A stretch of DNA of 64,000 nt, taken from assembly GCA_022706825.1 (NCBI GenBank), contig JAKJBU010000002.1, positions 932 to 64,931 on the forward strand. Direction: 5' to 3'. The notes beneath the pieces are model-generated. The model was not told where the DNA came from and ran no database searches. It saw only the letters and a list, made by a program, of their open reading frames with translations. The stretch is from Bacillota bacterium. GTDB lineage: Bacteria; Bacillota; Clostridia; Lutisporales; Lutisporaceae. Positions 45,148 through 51,885 of the stretch are shown in pieces (the stretch's first letter is position 1; each line of letters begins with the position of its first letter). Both the position numbers and the translations under genes were made by a program.

Positions 45148-46818
45148 ATGCATAATTTGACACAAAACAGGGAATTGGCGGATTTGTTATTTCCTGATAT
45201 CCAAAAGACACCGGAATACTACGAGGTGTTATATCCAAAAAGGCAGCTGCCTGAAGGAGCAAAGGTAACCAGGTTTGCCCCCAGCCCTACAGGCTACGTG
45301 CACATGGGAAGCTTATATGCATCTCTTGTATCGGAGAGGCTTGCCCATCAGAGCAACGGAGTATTTTTCCTGAGAGTTGAGGATACGGATAAAAAGCGTG
45401 AGGTGGAAGGCGGAGTTTCCAATATTATAAGAGCCCTCTCCAGGTTCGGCATCAGCTTTGATGAAGGAGTAACAGACGTAGACGATGAGAAGGGCAGCTA
45501 CGGCCCATATAAGCAAAGTGAAAGAATGGAAATATACAAGACTTTTGCAAAACGTTTGGTGGAAAAAGGGCTCGCATATCCCTGCTTCTGCTCTGAGGAA
45601 GACTTGGATAAGATAAGAGCCCAACAGGAAGAGAAGAAGGAAACCCCCGGTTATTACGGAGAATACGCCGTGCATAGGAATTCCACACTGGAGCAGGTAA
45701 GGGAAGAGCTTTCCCGGGGCAAGCCCTTCGTACTGCGTGTAAAAGCACCCGACAATCCTGACAGCAGGTTTGTTTTCAAGGATCTCATAAAGGGCGATGT
45801 GGAAATGCCGGAAAATTTCCAGGATATTGTACTTCTGAAGTCCGACGGGCTTCCCACTTATCATTTCGCCCATGTGGTTGACGACCACCTGATGAGGACC
45901 ACTCATGTAACAAGGGGCGATGAATGGCTGCCTTCGGCTCCTTTGCATGTGCAGCTTTTTGAAATGCTTGAATGGGAAAAGCCGTATTTTGCGCATATCT
46001 CCCCGATAATGAAGATGGAAGGTTCCTCTAAAAGAAAGCTCAGTAAGAGAAAGGACCCGGAGGCGGATGTAAGCTTTTATCATGAGCAGGGCTTCCCAGG
46101 CATTTCCGTAATTGAATACCTTGTGAACCTGATAAATTCTAATTTTGAGGATTGGAGAAGGGAAAACCCCGAGTCCCCCAATACCAGCTTCAAAATTGAG
46201 CTGGAAAGAATGAGTGTAAGCGGTGCTATGTTTGATATAGTCAAGCTTACGGATATGAGCAAGGATATTGTTGCCGGGATGACTGCAGAAGAGGTCTATA
46301 ATATGTCCCTGGAATGGGCTGAGGAATATGACTCTGAGCTTTGGGCCCTTCTGTCAAGAGATGAGAAGTATGCAAAAAGAATTTTCAGTATAGACAGAGG
46401 CGGCGAAAAGCCCAGAAAAGACATCGCAAAATGGCTGGATGTGAAACCGAATATATTCTATTTCTTTGATGAGCTGTTTACCCGGGATGCGGCAGAGGGA
46501 TATAATTTTCCCGACACAATACCTGCCGATGAGGTTAACAGGCTTATAAGGGAATATGCAAAGGTTTATAACCATTCCGACAGCAAGGATATGTGGTTTG
46601 ACAGAGTAAAGGAATTCTGCGAGGTAATGGGGTACTCCAAGGATGTGAAGACCTTCAAGAAAAATCCGGGGGCCTATAAAGGCCATGTGGGTGATGTTAC
46701 GGGAATTATCAGAGTAGCTGTTACCAACAGGAGGAATACTCCCGACCTTTATGAGATTATGCAGGTTATGGGTGAGAATATGGTAATGGAGAGATTCGAC
46801 AAGGCCATTAACAGATAA
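45148..46818 (+). CDS. gltX: Glutamate--tRNA ligase (long form)
   Basis: RFAPSPTGYVHMGS (HIGH region) and KLSKRK (KMSKS region). Confidence 0.88.
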   Translation: MHNLTQNRELADLLFPDIQKTPEYYEVLYPKRQLPEGAKVTRFAPSPTGYVHMGSLYASLVSERLAHQSNGVFFLRVEDTDKKREVEGGVSNIIRALSRFGISFDEGVTDVDDEKGSYGPYKQSERMEIYKTFAKRLVEKGLAYPCFCSEEDLDKIRAQQEEKKETPGYYGEYAVHRNSTLEQVREELSRGKPFVLRVKAPDNPDSRFVFKDLIKGDVEMPENFQDIVLLKSDGLPTYHFAHVVDDHLMRTTHVTRGDEWLPSAPLHVQLFEMLEWEKPYFAHISPIMKMEGSSKRKLSKRKDPEADVSFYHEQGFPGISVIEYLVNLINSNFEDWRRENPESPNTSFKIELERMSVSGAMFDIVKLTDMSKDIVAGMTAEEVYNMSLEWAEEYDSELWALLSRDEKYAKRIFSIDRGGEKPRKDIAKWLDVKPNIFYFFDELFTRDAAEGYNFPDTIPADEVNRLIREYAKVYNHSDSKDMWFDRVKEFCEVMGYSKDVKTFKKNPGAYKGHVGDVTGIIRVAVTNRRNTPDLYEIMQVMGENMVMERFDKAINR

Positions 46819-46827
46819 ATATATGTG

Positions 46828-46929
46828 AGGACACGGGGACGCGAGGACATGGGGACGTTTCTCCTGTCCCGCTTTCAGCGGGACAGGAGAAACGTCCCCA
46901 TGTCCTCGGAGAAACGTCCCCGTGTCCCC
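46828..46929. repeat. GC-rich REP-like compound palindrome; terminator for gltX
   Basis: Perfect 30-bp stem at 46843-46907 (GAGGACATGGGGACGTTTCTCCTGTCCCGC / 5-nt loop / reverse complement). It is flanked by a further GGACACGGGGACG / CGTCCCCGTGTCC pairing. Confidence 0.8.
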
Positions 46930-46980
46930 TTGGATATGTTATTGACATATTATAAAATAAACCTGAGGGGGGAACGGCTT

Positions 46981-47493
46981 ATGAAAAATATGATTATGGA
47001 AATGGGCGGGCTTGTGTTTTGCCTTACCGGTTCGGAATATCTCGACCTGATACTTGATATTGAGAAGGCTAACAGCGATTTTGTGTTTATATGGCCGAAG
47101 GAAAGGCACATGAAAGCCATGAACAGTGAGGATGAAATGCATATATCCGTATTTAGCTCCGCCGGACGGAAGCTGGTGGGTTACATATTGCTTTCAGGGA
47201 TCGGGGGAGAGGACAGTGCCGTAGAGTTCAGGCGCATGGTTATAAGCGACAAGGGAAAGGGATATGGGCGGACAAGCGTAAGGTTTATAAAAAAATACTG
47301 CTTTGAGGTGTTGAAATGCCATAGGCTGTGGCTGGATGCGTTTACCGACAACGAAAAAGCGATAGGCCTTTACAGAAGTGAAGGTTTTGTACAGGAAGGA
47401 TTGCTTAGGGATTGCAAGAAACATGGGGACAGCTACCGCTCCATGGTGATAATGTCTATGCTGGAGCAGGAATACATTCCCTGTTCCTTCTGA
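46981..47493 (+). CDS. GNAT-family N-acetyltransferase
   Basis: RRMVISDKGKGYGRTSV (acetyl-CoA loop Q/RxxGxG/A), NEKAIGLYRSEGF. ATG 46981 follows GAGGGGGG. The track ORF start at 46825 reads through the REP. Confidence 0.75.
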   Translation: MKNMIMEMGGLVFCLTGSEYLDLILDIEKANSDFVFIWPKERHMKAMNSEDEMHISVFSSAGRKLVGYILLSGIGGEDSAVEFRRMVISDKGKGYGRTSVRFIKKYCFEVLKCHRLWLDAFTDNEKAIGLYRSEGFVQEGLLRDCKKHGDSYRSMVIMSMLEQEYIPCSF

Positions 47494-47573
47494 ACTTGTT
47501 TCCATTAAACTTTTTAAATAGGACCGGACTCAGAAATACTTCCCTTCCATGTCAAAAGATGCTATAATTAAAT

Positions 47574-47593
47574 CGAACATACGTTCGTATAAT
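47574..47593 (+). promoter_or_regulatory. LexA (Cheo) box CGAACATACGTTCG abutting a -10 TATAAT
   Basis: Perfect CGAAC-N4-GTTCG palindrome at 47574-47587, immediately followed by TATAAT (47588-47593), 38 nt upstream of the Y-family polymerase start. Confidence 0.8.
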
Positions 47594-47631
47594 ATATGGG
47601 GATTTTTGATTGCAGGGAAGGCGGAGTCGGT

Positions 47632-48879
47632 ATGAGAACCATAATGCATATTGATGTGAATTCGGCTTTTTTATCCTGGCAGGCTGTATACAATTTGCAG
47701 AAGGGGGATACCCTTGACCTTAGGGAAATACCTTCGGTAGTGGGAGGCTCCCAGGCTGACCGGAGAGGTATAGTGCTGGCGAAAAGCATATCTGCCAAAA
47801 AGTTCGGAATAACAACCGGGGAGGTGCTGTGGCAGGCCAGGCAGAAGTGCCCCGGGCTTGTAGTGGTACCTCCTGACTATAACCTTTACATGAAATGCAG
47901 CAATATACTGTATGAAACCCTGAAAGAGTATTCTCCCAGATTGCAGAGATTCTCCATAGATGAATTGTTTTTGGATTATACGGGAATGGAACCTCACTTC
48001 GGAGATGCAGTTGCCGCTGCACATTTGATAAAGGAGAGAATCAAAAAGGAATTGGGCTTCACCGTCAATATAGGGATAGGAGCAAATAAGCTTACTGCAA
48101 AGGTTGCAGGAGATTTAAAAAAGCCCGATATGATCCATACTTTGTTTCCTGACGAGATAGAGAGCAAAATGTGGCCGCTGCCCGTAGGCGATTTATTTAT
48201 GGTAGGCAGGCAGACCAGGAAGAAGCTTATGGAAATGAATATAACCACAATAGGAGACTTGGCCAGGGCAGACAAAAAATTCCTGTACGGCAGGCTGAAA
48301 TCCTTCGGCAATCTGATATGGTGCTATGCGAATGGCATTGATGAATCACCGGTACACCAGGGGTATTACCTGCAGATGAAGGGAATCGGCAACAGCACCA
48401 CTATAAAGTTTGACGTAACTGAAAGGCAGATTGCCCACAAGGTATTATTATCCCTGACGGAATCTGTTTCATTAAGGCTCAGGGCTGCCAGATCCTGCTG
48501 CCGGGTAGTATCGGTGGAGATAAGGACAGCGGAGCTTAATTTTTATTCCCATCAAAGAAAGCTTATGGCTCACACCAATATAACGATGGATATATTCGAA
48601 ACCGTAAGGGAACTGTTCGACGAATGCTGGGGAAATGAAAAAATAAGGCATCTGGGGGTAAGAGTGACGGATTTGTGCAGCGACGAGTTTATGCAGGCCT
48701 CAATATTTGACCGGCAGTGCAAATACAAGAAGCAGGCGCTGGACAGTGCCATGGATATTATAAGAGGCAGGTATGGGAATGATTCCGTAATGAGGGCCAT
48801 ATTTGCCGACGGGGAGTTTGCCCCCATGTCCGGAGGGTCAGGGGGAGAAGACTATCCCGTAATGAGCAGCATACTGTGA
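47632..48879 (+). CDS. Y-family (DinB/UmuC-like) translesion DNA polymerase
   Basis: IMHIDVNSAFLSWQA, SIDELFLDYTG, GIGANKLTAKVA, and the little-finger region. It is SOS-box controlled. Confidence 0.85.
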   Translation: MRTIMHIDVNSAFLSWQAVYNLQKGDTLDLREIPSVVGGSQADRRGIVLAKSISAKKFGITTGEVLWQARQKCPGLVVVPPDYNLYMKCSNILYETLKEYSPRLQRFSIDELFLDYTGMEPHFGDAVAAAHLIKERIKKELGFTVNIGIGANKLTAKVAGDLKKPDMIHTLFPDEIESKMWPLPVGDLFMVGRQTRKKLMEMNITTIGDLARADKKFLYGRLKSFGNLIWCYANGIDESPVHQGYYLQMKGIGNSTTIKFDVTERQIAHKVLLSLTESVSLRLRAARSCCRVVSVEIRTAELNFYSHQRKLMAHTNITMDIFETVRELFDECWGNEKIRHLGVRVTDLCSDEFMQASIFDRQCKYKKQALDSAMDIIRGRYGNDSVMRAIFADGEFAPMSGGSGGEDYPVMSSIL

Positions 48880-48886
48880 AAGACAG

Positions 48887-49150
48887 TTAAATCTTATATA
48901 TATACCATCTTGAAGTATCTATTTCAAATCTGAGTTCAAAGGGTTTGATCTGATTGCCGATGCGTGTCTGGCAGGTAAACTTGAGCATCCTGTTGCCGGC
49001 AAACTTGTCAAGCTCTCTTTTTATTACCCGGTCTACTTTTACCGTGATCAACTCCGATCTGTCATCAAGATACCTGAACCTTACAGGTACAGGATTGCCT
49101 TCCAGATCAAAAAGTACTATTGCCTCAACAGGCTTTCTGAGCATCTTCAT
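48887..49150 (-). CDS. Hypothetical 87-aa protein, convergent with the polymerase gene
   Basis: Good RBS GGGGGTG. I recognise no family. Confidence 0.55.
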   Translation of the reverse strand: MKMLRKPVEAIVLFDLEGNPVPVRFRYLDDRSELITVKVDRVIKRELDKFAGNRMLKFTCQTRIGNQIKPFELRFEIDTSRWYIYKI

Positions 49151-49183
49151 TTAGTTCACCCCCTATATGAAATAATTTTCTTA

Positions 49184-49704
49184 TTGTGCAGAATAGAAGA
49201 AAATTGCGCAATATATACAGGTTTGTAAAGTACTCCGACTGTAGGGGAAGTATGTTCTCCTCACCTTCCAAAGCCAGCAAAATCACTGGCGAAGGTCCCA
49301 TCTCTGCGGGCCCGTCTGGTTATTTTGCCTGGAGGTATTCCCGTTCCGGGGTCAGGTGGAAGGTTTCGTCGAAGATATCTTCCCCACGTCGGTATTTGCA
49401 ATTCTTTTATATACAAGCTTTTTCTTACTATGCATCCTGCAGAGCACTATCCTTGTATAACAGCGAGCACTTATTGGCTTTGGGCAACAGAATCGAGAGA
49501 AGATGCGCAGTAAAATCCGTGGGATTTACGTGAGGTAAATCCAGCACATACCAACAGGAGGTTGGGTTTATGTGCGTCAGGATTTTACAAGTATCAAGCT
49601 CTGATTCTGCCCAAAGCTAATACCGTGCGAGTCGGGATACAAGGTTATGCTCTGGAAGTATGACCGCAAACTGATAGCTATGTCGCATTCTTCTTTTTAT
49701 GTGC
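49184..49704. repeat. Rod-like hyper-palindromic repeat element, copy B, with a nested hairpin insertion of about 160-200 nt in its left arm
   Basis: The core 49457-49695 is about 90% identical to 18151-18395. The outer arms GCAGAATAGAAGAAAATTGCGCAAT... / ...ATGTCGCATTCTTCTTTTTATGTGC correspond to those of copy A. The extra segment at about 49227-49432 contains the CCGAC-GGGGAAG...CTTCCCC-GTCGG hairpin (49235-49392). Confidence 0.8.
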
Positions 49705-49815
49705 TTTAATATTAGCATGTTTTTGCCTGTTCAGAAACTTCGCTGTAGCATTGTATAAGTAAATTCTGCCGATTTATCTGGTTAATTCATAAGAATAAAG
49801 GATATTTCTTAGAAT

Positions 49816-49835
49816 ATTATACGAACATATGTTCG
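49816..49835 (-). promoter_or_regulatory. Second LexA box CGAACATATGTTCG abutting a -10 TATAAT on the minus strand
   Basis: The minus strand reads CGAACATATGTTCGTATAATAT, which is 21/22 identical to the polymerase-gene promoter. It points toward repeat copy B and the 87-aa ORF. Confidence 0.7.
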
Positions 49836-49878
49836 AATTAATACATATATTTTAGAAAGCCAACGGTAAAAAAATGTA

Positions 49879-49905
49879 ACCAAACATTCATGTGTACATA
49901 GTATA
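49879..49905 (+). promoter_or_regulatory. sigma-K-type promoter module, copy 1 (AC-16 nt-CATAGTATA)
   Basis: ACCAAACATTCATGTGTACATAGTATA fits the Bacillus sigma-K consensus AC-N16/17-CATAnnnTA. It is one of four related copies. Confidence 0.55.
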
Positions 49906-49954
49906 TAAGTGGAAAGGTGAACAACCTATAATTATCCGGGAGGGGGTTTGAACT

Positions 49955-50224
49955 GTGGCAAGCGGATTTGGAGTGGCCAATCCGGTCACAGCCGCAGGGT
50001 GTGGGGCATCGCCGGCGCCTGTCGGAGGTTTTTTTGGATTCAGCAATGCATGGATTTGGATAATATTGCTTTTGATATTTGTACTTCCACGGCTTGGATT
50101 CAAGGGGTGTACCGGTGCCGGAGGCTTGTTCGGAGGATTTAGCTGGATTTGGATTATTATATTGATAATCTTCCTGGTCCCGGGTATCTTGCCTGGCTTT
50201 CGCCTTGGCGGGTTTGCCATATAA
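49955..50224 (+). CDS. Small Gly-rich hydrophobic protein with an internal duplication (YjcZ-like tiny-TM sporulation protein resemblance)
   Basis: GTG start after RBS GGGAGGGGG. Two repeats of [Gly/Cys-rich - GG(F/L)FG(F/G)FS - WIWIIxLLIFxxP]. Confidence 0.6.
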   Translation: MASGFGVANPVTAAGCGASPAPVGGFFGFSNAWIWIILLLIFVLPRLGFKGCTGAGGLFGGFSWIWIIILIIFLVPGILPGFRLGGFAI

Positions 50225-50257
50225 GATACAAAAATTATAATGAGGGGAGGTGAAAAT

Positions 50258-50491
50258 ATGGCAAACGGATTAGGCTCAACCGGATGTGGATGCGGCGCTC
50301 CCACAGCAGTAAGTCCGATTATGGACTTATGCAAAAACAATGGATTCCTCTTACTGCTTCTGTTGTTTGTGCTCTTAGCATCATGCACAACTTTGGGCAG
50401 AGAGAAAAACTTTATCTTTATCATAGTACTTGCTATAATCGCTTTTGGCGGTTTTGGAAGAACCTTCGGATTCGGTGGTAATGATTATTAA
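50258..50491 (+). CDS. Small Cys/Gly-rich protein with two hydrophobic segments (paralog a)
   Basis: ATG follows GGGGAGGTG. MANGLGSTGCGCGAP...GFLLLLLLFVLLASC...FIFIIVLAIIAFGGFGRTFGF. About 85% identical to the product of 50764-51000. Confidence 0.65.
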   Translation: MANGLGSTGCGCGAPTAVSPIMDLCKNNGFLLLLLLFVLLASCTTLGREKNFIFIIVLAIIAFGGFGRTFGFGGNDY

Positions 50492-50502
50492 ACTGTAACG
50501 AC

Positions 50503-50570
50503 AGGGGGACATGGGGACGGGGACACGCGAAACGTCCCCGTGTCCCCGTCCCCGTGTCCCGGATTTTTTG
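50503..50570 (+). terminator. REP-like GC-rich hairpin plus T-run (terminator), same family as 18.4 kb and 46.9 kb
   Basis: GGGACATGGGGACGGGGACACGCGAAACGTCCCCGTGTCCCCGTCCCCGTGTCCC followed by GGATTTTTTG. Confidence 0.75.
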
Positions 50571-50575
50571 TTGTC

Positions 50576-50602
50576 ACCAAATTAATGCATGTACATATTA
50601 TG
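50576..50602 (+). promoter_or_regulatory. sigma-K-type promoter module, copy 2 (orphan; no ORF follows)
   Basis: ACCAAATTAATGCATGTACATATTATG, nearly identical to copy 4. It is followed by about 100 nt of hairpin-forming non-coding sequence and then copy 3. Confidence 0.45.
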
Positions 50603-50714
50603 GAATTGGGAAAGGGTGTCAACCATACAGTCCTGACCCAGATGCCATAACTCACCTCAAGCATGGAAGGGGGCTTTAATGCCCGCTTTCATGCTTTAAG
50701 CGGGAAACTTGTCA

Positions 50715-50741
50715 CCAAATATACGCATGTACATAAAATAG
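50715..50741 (+). promoter_or_regulatory. sigma-K-type promoter module, copy 3 (AC-16 nt-CATAAAATA)
   Basis: ACCAAATATACGCATGTACATAAAATA, 23 nt upstream of ATG 50764 with RBS AAAGGGGGTG. Confidence 0.55.
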
Positions 50742-50763
50742 AATTGAGAAAGGGGGTGACATC

Positions 50764-51000
50764 ATGGCAAACGGATTAGGCTCAACCGGATGCGGATGCG
50801 GTGCTCCTGCGTCAGTAAGTCCGATCTTAGATAAGTGCAAGGGTAACGGATTCCTCTTGCTGCTTCTGTTGTTTGTGCTCTTAGCATCATGTACAACCTT
50901 GGGCAGGGAGAAAAACTTCTTCTTCATAATAATACTTGCAATAATCGCTTTCGGCGGTTTTGGAAGAACTTTCGGTTTTAACAATGGCACAGCTATATAA
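50764..51000 (+). CDS. Small Cys/Gly-rich protein with two hydrophobic segments (paralog b)
   Basis: MANGLGSTGCGCGAPASVSPILDKCKGNGFLLLLLLFVLLASC...; paralog of the product of 50258-50491. Confidence 0.65.
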   Translation: MANGLGSTGCGCGAPASVSPILDKCKGNGFLLLLLLFVLLASCTTLGREKNFFFIIILAIIAFGGFGRTFGFNNGTAI

Positions 51001-51030
51001 CGAGATTTGTTCTTGAAAGGAGGTGTAAAT

Positions 51031-51348
51031 ATGGTTGACGGAGTAGCAGGCAATGCTTTTGGAGGCGGAAACTTTGATCTTCTTCAGGATAGCATTGGAG
51101 AGACTGTTACAATATTTACTACAAGCGGAGGCCTGTCAGGATGCGGCTTTACGGGAGTAGTACTGGCTGTAAATCCATGTTTTGTCAGGCTTATTACCCA
51201 TATAGGAGCGGCTCCGAGCTGTGCATTGGGCAGCTGCTGCGGAGTACCCGACGGAGGTTACGGCAGCTATGGCAATGTGAGAACGGTAGGATCGGTAACG
51301 GATATTCCCCTTGACAGGATTGCCGCAGTTGTACGTAATGCCATTTAG
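51031..51348 (+). CDS. 105-aa protein with a conserved beta-rich core and a Cys/Gly-rich central insert (paralog a)
   Basis: ATG follows AAAGGAGGTG. IGETVTIFTTSGGLSGCGFTGVVLAVNPCFVRLITHIG...VGSVTDIPLDRIAAVV; paralog of the product of 51496-51828. Confidence 0.65.
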   Translation: MVDGVAGNAFGGGNFDLLQDSIGETVTIFTTSGGLSGCGFTGVVLAVNPCFVRLITHIGAAPSCALGSCCGVPDGGYGSYGNVRTVGSVTDIPLDRIAAVVRNAI

Positions 51349-51359
51349 CAAGCTGTATC

Positions 51360-51387
51360 GAAGGGCAGGGTAAGTAACCTGTCCTTC
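51360..51387 (+). terminator. Hairpin GAAGGGCAGG / CCTGTCCTTC
   Basis: 10-bp stem with one mismatch. A T-rich stretch lies 20 nt downstream. It is related to the hairpin at 51851. Confidence 0.45.
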
Positions 51388-51422
51388 CTATTACTCTGAA
51401 CTTTTTGTTTATACAGGCTGTC

Positions 51423-51449
51423 ACCAAATAAATGCATGTACATATTATG
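51423..51449 (+). promoter_or_regulatory. sigma-K-type promoter module, copy 4
   Basis: ACCAAATAAATGCATGTACATATTATG. The leader then forms AATTGGG...CCCAATT before RBS AAGGGGGTG. Confidence 0.5.
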
Positions 51450-51495
51450 GAATTGGGAAAGTCAGAAACCCAATTATGTGAAAGGGGGTGTAACA

Positions 51496-51828
51496 ATGGC
51501 AAATGGAATTGGTTATGGCGGAAATTTTAACGGCAATTTCTTTGACTTACTCTCAGACCTTATAGGAGAGACTGTAACAATATTCACTACAAGCGGAGGC
51601 CAGTCAGGCTGCGGTTTTACAGGTGTAATACTTGCTGTAAACCAATGCTTCGTCAGGCTTGTAACCCACATAGGGCCGGCTCCGGGATGTGCTCTTGGCA
51701 ATGCATGTCATAGTCCATGCTGTCCTACAATCGGCTGCAGCGGAGGCTTTAGCAATGTGCGTTCGGTAGGCTCTGTAACGGATATACCTCTTGACAGGAT
51801 TGTTGCGGTAGTAAGCAATGCTGTATAA
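51496..51828 (+). CDS. 110-aa protein with a conserved beta-rich core and a Cys-rich central insert (paralog b)
   Basis: IGETVTIFTTSGGQSGCGFTGVILAVNQCFVRLVTHIG...CHSPCCPTIGCSGG...VGSVTDIPLDRIVAVV. Confidence 0.65.
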   Translation: MANGIGYGGNFNGNFFDLLSDLIGETVTIFTTSGGQSGCGFTGVILAVNQCFVRLVTHIGPAPGCALGNACHSPCCPTIGCSGGFSNVRSVGSVTDIPLDRIVAVVSNAV

Positions 51829-51850
51829 ATTTCTTATGCAGTGAATAAAT

Positions 51851-51878
51851 GAAGGACAGGGGGGCGCCCTGTCCTTCC
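51851..51878. terminator. Bidirectional GC-rich hairpin between convergent genes
   Basis: GAAGGACAGGG / CCCTGTCCTTC stem between the small-protein cluster (+) and the bactofilin gene (-). Confidence 0.55.
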
Positions 51879-51885
51879 GCTGTTC

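Noticed and set aside
46825-46980. 5' extension of the GNAT ORF through the REP palindrome
   Set aside because: It is a translation of a perfect palindrome (…RGREDMGTFLLSRFQRDRRNVPMSS…). The real start at ATG 46981 has RBS GAGGGGGG.
49186-49533. ORFs 49186-49533 and 49325-49513 (+), and a 58-codon minus-strand ORF inside repeat copy B
   Set aside because: They sit entirely within the palindromic repeat, have no RBS, and are not preserved in copy A. They are most likely chance ORFs.
49888-51053. Minus-strand ORFs 49888-50424 and 50712-51053, antisense to the small-protein genes
   Set aside because: They lack an RBS, and their sequence is the mirror image of the Gly/hydrophobic genes. The plus-strand genes each have strong RBSs and paralog conservation.
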